Assembly (NCBI GenBank): GCA_033763455.1 | Contig: JANRKO010000050.1 | Location: forward strand, 33,339-97,338 | Length of the DNA: 64,000 nucleotides | DNA from: Polyangiaceae bacterium | Lineage (GTDB): Bacteria; Myxococcota_A; Polyangia; Polyangiales; Polyangiaceae | Direction of reading: 5' to 3' | Shown here: piece after piece, positions 29,681 through 38,832 of the stretch | How positions within the stretch are numbered: position 1 is the stretch's first letter | Layout of the letters: every line of letters begins with the position of its first letter | Translations under genes and position numbers: made by a program | The notes under the pieces: generated by a model | Told to the model about the DNA's origin: nothing | Seen by the model: only the letters and a program-made list of their open reading frames with translations | The model's database searches: none

Positions 29681-30322
29681 ATGGCAGGGAAGAAAAAAGT
29701 GAGCCGAGTAGCCGTTTCGGGCGCAAAGGCCGGAATAACCAAGACAGCCAAAACGCCTTCAAAAGGGTCTGCTGCGCCCAAGGGTCGAAAATCCCCGGCT
29801 GTAGCCATGGCCAAGGCCAAAGGCAAAGCGCCCCTAGGCGACCCAACGGGAGAAGTCGCGGGGGTTCGCGAAGGCGAACGCGTTCCCAGCTTCTCAGCGA
29901 AAAGCGCCACGGGAATAGTCTCCAACACCACGCTCAAGGGTAAACCTTTCGTCCTCTATTTCTATCCCAAAGACGATACGCCTGGCTGCACGCGTGAGGC
30001 GTGTGCTTTTCGCGATCTTGGGGCCAAGTTCAAAGCCAAAGGTGTGGAGATATTCGGAATTAGCCCCGATTCAAGCGAAAGCCACGCCCGCTTTGGCGAA
30101 AAGTACGGGCTCAAGTTCACGCTCCTTTCGGACACGGACAAGAGCGTTGCTATGGCCTTCGGAGTCTGGGTGAAGAAGCTCAACTACGGCAAAGAATACA
30201 TGGGCATTTCGCGCTCCACGTTCTTGGTAGATGCTTCTGGTAAGGTTCGTCGCGTGTGGCGCAATGTGAAAGTTGACGGCCACGTGGCGCAGGTGCTGGA
30301 GGCTGTAGCGAGCCTCAGCTAG
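29681..30322 (+). CDS. bcp: Bcp/PrxQ peroxiredoxin with Lys/Ala-rich N-terminal extension
   Basis: LYFYPKDDTPGCTREAC, GISPD, RSTFLVD; GGAGG RBS. Confidence 0.93.
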   Translation: MAGKKKVSRVAVSGAKAGITKTAKTPSKGSAAPKGRKSPAVAMAKAKGKAPLGDPTGEVAGVREGERVPSFSAKSATGIVSNTTLKGKPFVLYFYPKDDTPGCTREACAFRDLGAKFKAKGVEIFGISPDSSESHARFGEKYGLKFTLLSDTDKSVAMAFGVWVKKLNYGKEYMGISRSTFLVDASGKVRRVWRNVKVDGHVAQVLEAVASLS

Positions 30323-30324
30323 CG

Positions 30325-31194
30325 CTATGTCAGCGCGCGGGGGGGGAGGCTCTTGAGCCGCTTCACCGAGCGGTAGGGCGGGGACCAGCTAACCGGCGGG
30401 GGATGCGCTGAGGGACGAGCGAACAGATAGCCCTGCCCATAACAAATCCCCATGTCAGCCAGGGCGGCGTATTCATCGGCTGTTTCTATGCCTTCAGCGA
30501 CGACGCGTGCGGATAGCTCATCGCACATGCGGACGACGCCCTGCACGAGCGTTCGCTGCCGGGAGCTATGTTCGATACCGACGATCAAGCTTCGATCAAG
30601 CTTTACGACGCTGGGCTCAAGATCCAAAATGCGCTTGAGGTTGGAGTACCCGGCGCCAAGGTCGTCGACCACCAGGTGAATGCCGCCCCGGCCACGGATC
30701 TCCTTCAAAACACTCATGCAGACGTCGAAGTGCGTCATCGGCACGGACTCGGTGACCTCAACATAAACGTCGAACCCATGAGAAAAAATCGCGTCGTCCG
30801 GGCGAATGAGCCAAGGATCCTGAAGCTCGGCCGGGTGCACGTTCACGAACACCGGGAGGTCCCCACATCTCGTTAGCGCCAAGCTGCGAATAATGCGGCC
30901 AAGGCGCCCCGTGCATCCGGTAGCTGCGGCATATTCGAAAAGGCGAATAGGCGATTGGAGTTCCGGCACGCGGCAGCGAACGAGCGCTTCATTGGCGAAC
31001 ACGCTGCCGTCAGCCATGTGCACTATTGGTTGGAAGACCACGTGCAGATCTTCAGGGCTTAGCATTCGCGCTAACGCCAGCGACGAATCCCGTTCTTCAT
31101 CGACAAAGGGCTCAGGCACAACCGATGCCCGCGCGGGCCTACCCGGGCGCGGGATACCCTTCCCAATCCAGTGCTCTGATTCGCTCTTACCCAT
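30325..31194 (-). CDS. Stand-alone EAL-domain c-di-GMP phosphodiesterase
   Basis: FQPIV, EAL, FVNV, EVTE, DDLGAGYS, VKLD, AEGIE, QGY. Confidence 0.92.
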   Translation of the reverse strand: MGKSESEHWIGKGIPRPGRPARASVVPEPFVDEERDSSLALARMLSPEDLHVVFQPIVHMADGSVFANEALVRCRVPELQSPIRLFEYAAATGCTGRLGRIIRSLALTRCGDLPVFVNVHPAELQDPWLIRPDDAIFSHGFDVYVEVTESVPMTHFDVCMSVLKEIRGRGGIHLVVDDLGAGYSNLKRILDLEPSVVKLDRSLIVGIEHSSRQRTLVQGVVRMCDELSARVVAEGIETADEYAALADMGICYGQGYLFARPSAHPPPVSWSPPYRSVKRLKSLPPRALT

Positions 31195-31283
31195 CTTTCT
31201 AGCTCAGCGCAGGTGCGCCACCCTTCACTGAAATATCCCCTAGCTCTTCAATATGCGCCAGGCTCAGGCTATACGAAATAGTA

Positions 31284-32132
31284 ATGAATGCAGCAAAGGT
31301 CACCGGTTGGGTAGTTGGGTACTTGTGCACGCTTTCTGGGTGTACGGATTCGGGCGCGGTCAGTGAGGGGCATGCGAAAGCTCACGTAAAAGAGCTCGCC
31401 AAAGCCGTGAGTACGGACGTCGGTGAGGTTAGAAGAGGACTGCCGCTCGGGGCCCTGTGTATGGGAGCCTTCTTCAACCGTCCTTCTCTTGGCCCAGAAC
31501 AAGCGAGCGACGCACGCGACGCTTTGGCCAAATGCCAGAACAAGGTTCAAGACTTACGCGTTGCGAAGAGCACCTTTTTCGCGGCGGCTACCGCCGACGG
31601 AACGGTGCTGCGCAATGATAGGGAGCAGGATCTGATGGCCGGCAAAAGCTTGTTTGGTGCGTACCCAGAGCTGCGCCAAGCGCTTACGCACGGGTACGTT
31701 GAGACGGAAGGTAGCATGCCGGAGGCTTCTGGCGTGAAAGGTAAGCCCGATGCGCAGTGGGTGGCTGGGTCGCCCGTGAAAGTGGACGGGCAGGTGCGGG
31801 GCTTATACGCCACAGGCTGGTCTTGGTCCGCTTACGCCTATCGCTTGGAGTTTGCTCTGCGGAGTTCTGTGCGAGGTGGGGTTACCGAACAGCAGAAGGA
31901 GCCTCTCGTTTACGTCTTTGTTGTGTCCGGCAAGCATGCTTATGGCGCGCCAGTGTCGCCGAGGGTGAGCGCTCAGGCCGTAGAGCAGCTCAATCCACTT
32001 GCTACAGCGACCGAACAGACACCCTTCTCGACGCACCTCGAGATAACTGGCCGTACCTTTGGCTTGGCGGTGATTCGAACGCCCAGCCTGGGCAAAAACG
32101 TGGGCATCGCGGTGTTGCGAAGCGAAACGTGA
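31284..32132 (+). CDS. Lipoprotein with Cache-like domain
   Basis: Lipobox LSGC; FFAAATADGTVL..WVAGSPVKVDGQVRGLYATG pattern. Confidence 0.6.
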   Translation: MNAAKVTGWVVGYLCTLSGCTDSGAVSEGHAKAHVKELAKAVSTDVGEVRRGLPLGALCMGAFFNRPSLGPEQASDARDALAKCQNKVQDLRVAKSTFFAAATADGTVLRNDREQDLMAGKSLFGAYPELRQALTHGYVETEGSMPEASGVKGKPDAQWVAGSPVKVDGQVRGLYATGWSWSAYAYRLEFALRSSVRGGVTEQQKEPLVYVFVVSGKHAYGAPVSPRVSAQAVEQLNPLATATEQTPFSTHLEITGRTFGLAVIRTPSLGKNVGIAVLRSET

Positions 32133-32139
32133 GCTGCGC

Positions 32140-32325
32140 TCAGGCCGGGCCTGAACGCCCAAGCTTGTGCAGGTGAAAGACTGCATAGAGAGCGCCAATA
32201 AGCGTTAACCAAGAACCTATATTCTGCTCGGCGTTCAAAGAGAACCCAATGCCGAACACAGCGAGCGTTAAGCCAAAAAGTAGCCCACGTTTGTTGGCTC
32301 GGCCCGGTTCGAGGGTGGCTTGCAT
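32140..32325 (-). CDS. Small two-TM membrane protein
   Basis: 61 aa with two hydrophobic helices; 3 nt downstream of a co-oriented gene. Confidence 0.55.
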   Translation of the reverse strand: MQATLEPGRANKRGLLFGLTLAVFGIGFSLNAEQNIGSWLTLIGALYAVFHLHKLGRSGPA

Positions 32326-32328
32326 GGG

Positions 32329-32892
32329 TTAAGGCCAGCGCTCTGCGTGAGCACGCACCAGAAAATCGCGTACGTCTCGCTCGAGCTTGCGCTCAGCGGT
32401 GATAGTACTAGCCTGATACGAGCCCCCGTACTGATCGTCGTACATGTAGTCGGAATCGTGCAACACGAGGATGCGCACGTTGGCGCTTTTGCCCAGGCCA
32501 CTTACCAACTGCAGGGCATCTCCCATCGCCGGATCGCGAGGTGGCAACGCTGTGCCGAGCGCTGAAAGCTCGGTATGGGTTAGGTACGCGACCCCATACT
32601 CGTGGTTTTGGGCTTGGACGTCCACGGTCAGAAACTTGTTGTCGCCGAGGAGCACTGGTTGGCCCGCTGAAGGAGGCTCCCCCTCCGCGGTGAAGGCGTT
32701 CGCGATGACCTGGACGGCTCGTGTTTGGTCCAAGGGTTGGGCTGGCCGGGCGAAACGGGGCGCCGGTCCGGCACACGCGACCAGTAAAGTGGCAAGGCTC
32801 AAAAGCGAGCCGGAACGAACACTCCGCACGCCACTTTGGTGGCAAGAAGGGACGCCTTTGGAGGCTTCTGTGAACGTTTGACCGCCGTTCAT
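32329..32892 (-). CDS. Hypothetical lipoprotein
   Basis: LLVAC lipobox; true start probably downstream of the ORF start. Confidence 0.6.
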   Translation of the reverse strand: MNGGQTFTEASKGVPSCHQSGVRSVRSGSLLSLATLLVACAGPAPRFARPAQPLDQTRAVQVIANAFTAEGEPPSAGQPVLLGDNKFLTVDVQAQNHEYGVAYLTHTELSALGTALPPRDPAMGDALQLVSGLGKSANVRILVLHDSDYMYDDQYGGSYQASTITAERKLERDVRDFLVRAHAERWP

Positions 32893-32943
32893 CGGACCAC
32901 ACGCTAGCCAAGAGGCGTCGGTTTAGCTAGCTCTGGAGCGGAA

Positions 32944-33564
32944 ATGCGGGCTCCGCTTTGGCTTCCTCTCGTCTTCGGTATGCTTGGCTGCGGTGCCAAT
33001 CTTCCTGACCCACGGGTGGCAGCTCGAAACTTTGCGCTCGCTTTGGAAGAGGGAGATACGAAGGCCGCGGCCGCCATGCTCTCCGAGAAAGCGCACACGA
33101 ACTGGGGTAAACCCGGCATCGAAGCTCGTTTGAAAGATCAAGCACCTGAGCTCAAGCGAAAGGCTCAGGCGCTCCTTGGTCCCGAAGAAACACTTTTGGC
33201 CTCGACGCAGGCCGAGGTTCCACTTGCCAACGGGCGGAACGCCCGGCTGCTGCTCGATGGTGAGGTTTTTCGCGTGGATTTTTCGACCGGTATTCCCACG
33301 AGAGCTAAGGATCCGAGGCAAGCTTTGGAGGCCTTCGGGGAGGCGCTGCGCCTGATGCCAATCGATCTCATGCTCCTCACCCTGAGCCCGCGACTGAGGC
33401 AAAGTGTCGAAGTGGATCGCCAGGGCTTGCTTCGAAGCCTTGAGGCACTTGATATCGCGAACATTGACGTATCCGGTGAGCGCGCTACGGCGTTGCTCGA
33501 CGGCGGCTACGTGGTGACGCTAGTGGCCGAAGATGGGCTGTGGTTTGTTGAGGATTTTCGCTAG
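32944..33564 (+). CDS. Lipoprotein with two tandem NTF2-like repeats
   Basis: MLGC lipobox; DPRVAARNF..FRV versus DPRQALEAF..WFV repeat. Confidence 0.65.
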   Translation: MRAPLWLPLVFGMLGCGANLPDPRVAARNFALALEEGDTKAAAAMLSEKAHTNWGKPGIEARLKDQAPELKRKAQALLGPEETLLASTQAEVPLANGRNARLLLDGEVFRVDFSTGIPTRAKDPRQALEAFGEALRLMPIDLMLLTLSPRLRQSVEVDRQGLLRSLEALDIANIDVSGERATALLDGGYVVTLVAEDGLWFVEDFR

Positions 33565-33575
33565 AAGGCACGCGG

Positions 33576-34328
33576 ATGCGGATAGCTAGACAGTCTTTCC
33601 TCCTTGGCTTGGCGGCAAGCGTTGTGAGCCCGAAGGTTCTGGCGTTTGGTCAAGCTGGCGCGTTTCACCCACGGGTTCTCATTACAGGAGCAGCAACCTG
33701 GGCGGGGCCACGGGTCCGAGCGCCCGAGCGTTGGGGTTGGGAACTGGTGCGGCGAACTAGCGCTCCAGCCCGTGCTGTGTGCAAGACGGTGCGCGCCATT
33801 GATGGCAGCCTGTTTGCGGAGCCTTTCTGCATCTGGGTGGGCGAAGGGGATTTTCCACCCCTTTCCAGGCGAGAGCTGCGTCAGCTCGGGCGTTTCATCG
33901 CATTGGGTGGAGTGATGCTAGTGGACGACTTTGACCCAGCCGGGGGCGCGTTTGGGCGAGCAGCACGCCGCGAGCTTCGGAGGGTGCTCCCGGAATCCCC
34001 ACCCGTTCGCTTGGATCCGAGGCACGTCTTGTTCAAGACGTACTATATTTTGGAAAGGCCTTTCGGAAGGGTGCTCGGGGTCGACCACGTGGACGCCATC
34101 GTTCGTGGGAACAACGCGCAAGTCCTTTTCCTTAACCATGATCTTTTGGGGGCGTTGGCTCAAGACGAAGCGGGCAACTGGGCCTTCGAGACGGAGTCTC
34201 CCGACCCGATGTTTCGAGAACAGGCCGCAAGGCTAGCGGTCAACATCGCAATGTACGTGCTTTGCTCCGATTACAAAGACGACCAAGTGCACGCCCCTTT
34301 TCTCATGCGCCGCCGCGCAGCCCGCTGA
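33576..34328 (+). CDS. DUF4159 family protein
   Basis: GGVMLVDD, HVLFKTYY, AVNIAMYVLCSDYKDDQVHAPF. Confidence 0.82.
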   Translation: MRIARQSFLLGLAASVVSPKVLAFGQAGAFHPRVLITGAATWAGPRVRAPERWGWELVRRTSAPARAVCKTVRAIDGSLFAEPFCIWVGEGDFPPLSRRELRQLGRFIALGGVMLVDDFDPAGGAFGRAARRELRRVLPESPPVRLDPRHVLFKTYYILERPFGRVLGVDHVDAIVRGNNAQVLFLNHDLLGALAQDEAGNWAFETESPDPMFREQAARLAVNIAMYVLCSDYKDDQVHAPFLMRRRAAR

Positions 34329-34346
34329 GCTTTGAGGGCGCACGCG

Positions 34347-36551
34347 ATGACACTTGCTGACAGCACATGGTCGTTCTCAGAGGATTTTTCTCCGTTTTGG
34401 GTCGGGTGCGTTTTCGCCGTGGCCGCCTTGGCACTGCTTTTGGTGTGGTTGGATGCGGCGCACACCGAGCGAAGGCGGGCGTTGGTGCTCTTATCGGGAG
34501 GTGTGGCAACTGTAGCGCTTGTGTTCGCAATCCTACGCCCTGTGTCCGTTGTGCAGCGCTCGAACAACGTAGGCTCTAAGGTTTTGGTTTTGGTAGATGG
34601 CTCCGTACGCTTGAGGATCCCAAGCGAGGGTAGCACGCGGCGGGCACGAGCATTGGGTGTGGCAAAAGCCTTGGCTGGCACCTTCAAGGAAGCACGCCTA
34701 ACTCTGTTAGAGTTCAGCGATGGTGCCTTGAAGCCGTTGGCAAAAGGAGATGATGAAAGCGGAGTCGGGGTCGGCGTCGAGAGCGACCTTACGGCGGCGC
34801 TTGCCGAGGTTGGCAACGGTGCGGAAGAAAAGCCTCAAGCCATAATTGTTGTAAGCGATGGGCAATTCAGCCATCCCGGTAAAGAAGACGATCTTGCGCG
34901 CATCACCCAGCTCGCAGGCGGTGTGCCGATCCACACTGTGAGCCTTGCCGAAAAAGATCCCCCCGACGTCGCCATTCGCGCTGTGCGAGCAGCGGGCGCG
35001 GCGGTCGCGCATCAACCCCTTGCGCTCACAATTGAGGTTTCCTGCACCGGAGGTGCCCAATGCCACGAAATCCCGGTGGAGGTGAGGGAGCTACGGTATG
35101 GGGTGCCGAAGGCGCTGTTAGCGTCCGGCAAGGCTCAAGTAAATGACGGGGCAGGCAAGATTGAGCTGCAAATTACGCTGGATCGTGCGGGGACGCGCGT
35201 GGTTGAAGTGGCAATTGCGGCACCCGATGGCGATTCGATCCCAGAGAATAACTCACGTGTCATCGCTTTTACCGTTACACGCGACCGCATCCGCTTGCTC
35301 CACGTTGCGGGTCGCCCCACCTATGACGTGCGCTCCCTTCGGATGTGGCTCAAGAGCGATGAGTCGGTGGATCTCATCGCGTTCTTCATTCTCAGGGGCA
35401 ACGAGGACGACACTCGTACCACCAGTGATTCTGAGCTCGCACTCATCCCGTTCCCTGTAGAAGAGCTCTTTACCGAGCATCTGCCAAGTTTTGACGCAGT
35501 GGTGATTCAGGATCTCGACGCCGTTGCGTACAAGTTGGCAAGACATTTGCCGGCCCTGGCACGTTACGTGGAATCTGGAGGTGGGCTCATAATGGTCGGC
35601 GGGCCAACCTCGTTCTCCGGAGGGCGTTATGCTGGAACGGAGCTTGAGCGTGTGCTGCCGATCAAGCTTTCATCTTCCGAAAAGCCGTTCGATCTGGAGC
35701 AGTTCGTGCCCGCGTATACGGATTCTGGGCGCGCTGCGCCGGTACTGCGCGGTCTGCGTGATCTACTCGGGGAGAAGCTTCCAGAAATGCCCGGCACGAA
35801 TATTCTAGGAGTACCACGCGACAACTCGCTGGTGCTTTGGGAGCATCCCCGCCTCAAAGCTGGAGATCGCTCGATGCCTGTGCTGGCGCTGGGTGAAGCC
35901 GGCGATGGTCGCTCTATCGCGTTGGGCGTGGATGGAACACATCTTCTCGCGATGAGTGAGCTTGGCGCCGACGTCGAGGGTAGAGGCTTTGGTGCTCTCT
36001 GGGATGGCTTGTTAGGCTGGCTCATGCGAGATCCGCGTTTTGAGGCGGCTCGAACGGAGGTGGTGGGCGAGTGCCTCGAAGGTCAGAAAACCACGCTGGT
36101 GTTGACACGTCTGCCAACCATGAAGGGAGACATCTCGCTCACGCTTGAACGCCTTGGAGCTACGGAGAAGGAGCTGGTTACGCGCCGCATAGTTAATCCA
36201 CCGCCTGGCCCACTTAAGATCGAATTCGCTGACCTCAAGGCGGGCGGTTACATCGCCAAGGCCACCATTGGATCGGCACCGCCTACTCGTTACGATTTCG
36301 CGTGCGAACGCGGCGGCCAAGCATGGAGCGATACGCGAGTGGATCCGGAGCGGCTCGCCAAAATCGCCAGAGCAACCGGAGGTAAATCTGTGGTGGCGGA
36401 AGATGTCGGTAAGCTGCCTGTGCCAAAGCCAGCTCAAATCGCGTCTGAGCGCCGGGTGGAGCCGCTCTTTCCCGCGTGGGGCTGGTCACTTGCGGCGGCC
36501 GTTGCCTTGGGGGTGCATTGGCTCGTCAGGCGGCAGGGCGGGCTCGTCTAG
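34347..36551 (+). CDS. Membrane protein with vWA-like, Ig-like and GATase-like (DUF1355-type) domains
   Basis: N-terminal 2TM; LVDGS..SDG; GRPTYD; LIPFPVEELF; YVESGGGLIMVGG; C-terminal TM ending WLVRRQGGLV. Confidence 0.8.
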   Translation: MTLADSTWSFSEDFSPFWVGCVFAVAALALLLVWLDAAHTERRRALVLLSGGVATVALVFAILRPVSVVQRSNNVGSKVLVLVDGSVRLRIPSEGSTRRARALGVAKALAGTFKEARLTLLEFSDGALKPLAKGDDESGVGVGVESDLTAALAEVGNGAEEKPQAIIVVSDGQFSHPGKEDDLARITQLAGGVPIHTVSLAEKDPPDVAIRAVRAAGAAVAHQPLALTIEVSCTGGAQCHEIPVEVRELRYGVPKALLASGKAQVNDGAGKIELQITLDRAGTRVVEVAIAAPDGDSIPENNSRVIAFTVTRDRIRLLHVAGRPTYDVRSLRMWLKSDESVDLIAFFILRGNEDDTRTTSDSELALIPFPVEELFTEHLPSFDAVVIQDLDAVAYKLARHLPALARYVESGGGLIMVGGPTSFSGGRYAGTELERVLPIKLSSSEKPFDLEQFVPAYTDSGRAAPVLRGLRDLLGEKLPEMPGTNILGVPRDNSLVLWEHPRLKAGDRSMPVLALGEAGDGRSIALGVDGTHLLAMSELGADVEGRGFGALWDGLLGWLMRDPRFEAARTEVVGECLEGQKTTLVLTRLPTMKGDISLTLERLGATEKELVTRRIVNPPPGPLKIEFADLKAGGYIAKATIGSAPPTRYDFACERGGQAWSDTRVDPERLAKIARATGGKSVVAEDVGKLPVPKPAQIASERRVEPLFPAWGWSLAAAVALGVHWLVRRQGGLV

Positions 36552-36598
36552 CTGCGGGGGTGGTTCACCCCGGAGCGAGGCATCGGCGAATTCCACCC

Positions 36599-36662
36599 AT
36601 TCGCTCATGATTCGCTCATCGATATGGCGATTCGGCTTGATTTGAGCGATGCCTGAGTGAAA
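36599..36662. promoter_or_regulatory. Candidate DeoR-family operator upstream of rhaI
   Basis: ATTCGCTCAT twice at an 11-bp period (36599, 36610); inverted TGAGCGA (36643) and TGAGTGA (36654), also 11 bp apart. Confidence 0.55.
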
Positions 36663-36715
36663 GGCTCCGTGAGCCGGGGCGCTACGCGTCACCGAGGCCA
36701 GCGGAGGATCCATTT

Positions 36716-38011
36716 GTGAGTCAGTCATTACCGATCAATTCGAATCTCATTGCCGAACAAAACGCTCGCCTAACCGCCAACTTGGAGCGCGATTACCAGA
36801 GCCTCGGGGAGCGACTGAGTCGTCAAGGCAAAGACATCGAAGCGGTGACGGCGAGGGTCCAAGCGTATGGGGTCGCGATCCCTTCCTGGGGCGTAGGCAC
36901 GGGGGGCACCCGCTTTGCCCGTTTCCCGGGTATCGGTGAGCCGCGAAATACTCTGGAGAAGCTCGACGACTGCGCGGTTATCCAGCAGTTGAGTCGCTCA
37001 ACCCCCACCGTTTCTTTGCATTTCCCGTGGGACCGTGTGAGCGACTTTCGTGAATTGTTTGAAAAAGGGCGTTCACTTGGGCTTGGCTTCGATGCTGTTA
37101 ACTCCAATACATTTCAAGATCAGCCTGGGCAGAAATCCTATAAATTTGGCAGCTTAACGCACACTGACCCCGCCGTGCGTGCGCAAGCTGTGGAGCACAA
37201 CATCGAGTGCATTCGCGCCGGTGTGGAGCTCGGCTCCAAAGCCCTCACGGTGTGGGTTGGCGATGGTTCCAACTTCCCCGGTCAGCAGCATTTCTCACGC
37301 GCACTGGACCGCTATCTGGAGAGCACGCGCAAGATCTACGAGGCGCTGCCGAGCGACTGGCGCATGTTCTTGGAGCACAAGCTGTACGAACCGGCCGTCT
37401 ATTCAACGGTGATCCAAGATTGGGGCACCAGCTACCTGTGCGCCACCGAATTGGGCGAAAAAGCCAAATGTTTGGTCGATCTGGGGCACCATGCACCCAA
37501 CGTTAACATCGAAATGATTGTCGCTCGTCTAATACAGTTCAAGAAGCTGGCGGGCTTTCACTTCAACGATAGCAAGTACGGGGATGACGACCTCGACAGT
37601 GGCGCGATCAATCCCTTCCAGCTGTTCTTGGTGTTCAACGAGTTGGTGGATGCTGAGCAGCGGGGTGCGCCGGGTTTTGATCCGGCCTACATGCTGGACC
37701 AGTCCCATAACGTCACTGACCCGATTGAAAGCCTAATGACCAGCGCGGCCTCTGTGAAACGCGGGTTTGCTCAAGCGCTGCTCGTGGATAGGGCAGCTCT
37801 CGGGGCCTATCAGGAAAGCAATGATGCTCTGATGGCTGCCCAAACGTTGCAGCGCGCGTATCAAACAGACGTGGAGCCCATTCTTCAAATGGCTCGCTTG
37901 CGTGCTGGCGGTGCCATTGACCTCGTGGGGACCTATCGAGCGTCGGGCTACCGCAAACAGAAGGCGGAAGAGCGCCCGGCCGCGAGTGGTTCACGCTCAG
38001 GCATCGTATAA
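36716..38011 (+). CDS. rhaI: L-rhamnose isomerase (RhaI type)
   Basis: PSWGVGTGGTRFARFPG, LHFPWD, NSNTFQDQ, EHKLYEP, DLGHH, HFNDSKYGDDDL, DQSHN. Confidence 0.93.
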   Translation: MSQSLPINSNLIAEQNARLTANLERDYQSLGERLSRQGKDIEAVTARVQAYGVAIPSWGVGTGGTRFARFPGIGEPRNTLEKLDDCAVIQQLSRSTPTVSLHFPWDRVSDFRELFEKGRSLGLGFDAVNSNTFQDQPGQKSYKFGSLTHTDPAVRAQAVEHNIECIRAGVELGSKALTVWVGDGSNFPGQQHFSRALDRYLESTRKIYEALPSDWRMFLEHKLYEPAVYSTVIQDWGTSYLCATELGEKAKCLVDLGHHAPNVNIEMIVARLIQFKKLAGFHFNDSKYGDDDLDSGAINPFQLFLVFNELVDAEQRGAPGFDPAYMLDQSHNVTDPIESLMTSAASVKRGFAQALLVDRAALGAYQESNDALMAAQTLQRAYQTDVEPILQMARLRAGGAIDLVGTYRASGYRKQKAEERPAASGSRSGIV

Positions 38012-38013
38012 CC

Positions 38014-38832
38014 ATGCACGAACTCGAAAGACGAAAATTCATACTGAAAACTCTCACGGACCATGGTTCGTCGAGCCTGCGCAGCCTCGCTACCCTTCTG
38101 GACGCTTCACATGCGACGGTGCGTCGCGACCTAACTCGCTTGGAGAGCGAAGGCCTGGTGCGTCGCGTGCACGGCGGCGTCGAGGCAATCGGTGGCGCGC
38201 GTGCAAATGCCTTGAAGGGGCAAGATAGCTTTCGCGCGAGCTTAGAAGTGAACCTTGCCCAGAAACGCAGCATTGCCGAAGAGGCGGCGGAGCTCGTTGA
38301 AACCGGTGAATGCATTATTGTGGCGGGCGGCACTACCACCTTTGCTTTGGTCCAAAGCCTAGGGGATCGCGCGCTTCTGGTGCTTACCAACTCCTTTCAC
38401 AATGCCGAGTACCTGCACAAGAACACGGGCAATCGTGTGATCTTGCCAGGCGGCGAGCTGTTCGAAGAACAGGGCGTCATTCTAAGCCCATTCGAGCAAG
38501 ACGTTTTCCAGAACTACTACGCCTCCAAGTTGTTTATCAGTGCGCAAGCCGTTAGCGCCCAGGGGCTCATGCAAACAGATCCCACGCTTGCGCGCTCTGA
38601 ACGCCGCTTGCTGGATCAGGCGGCCGAAATTATTGCAGTTGTGGATAGCTCTAAGTTCAGCGCACGGGGCAGCCTCATCTCCTGTCCGATAGATCGGGTG
38701 CACCGCGTCATCACGGACTCCAAGATAAGCCCCTCGGTCCTTGAAATGTTAAACGCTGCCAACGTGAAGGTAACGATCGCCAAACGGTACGCATATAGTG
38801 CTGCGGACACCAACACAGAACTTTCAGCATGA
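38014..38832 (+). CDS. DeoR/GlpR family regulator (RhaR-like)
   Basis: HTH ASHATVRRDLTRLE..RVHGG; GGTTT; TNS; VDSSKF. Confidence 0.93.
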   Translation: MHELERRKFILKTLTDHGSSSLRSLATLLDASHATVRRDLTRLESEGLVRRVHGGVEAIGGARANALKGQDSFRASLEVNLAQKRSIAEEAAELVETGECIIVAGGTTTFALVQSLGDRALLVLTNSFHNAEYLHKNTGNRVILPGGELFEEQGVILSPFEQDVFQNYYASKLFISAQAVSAQGLMQTDPTLARSERRLLDQAAEIIAVVDSSKFSARGSLISCPIDRVHRVITDSKISPSVLEMLNAANVKVTIAKRYAYSAADTNTELSA

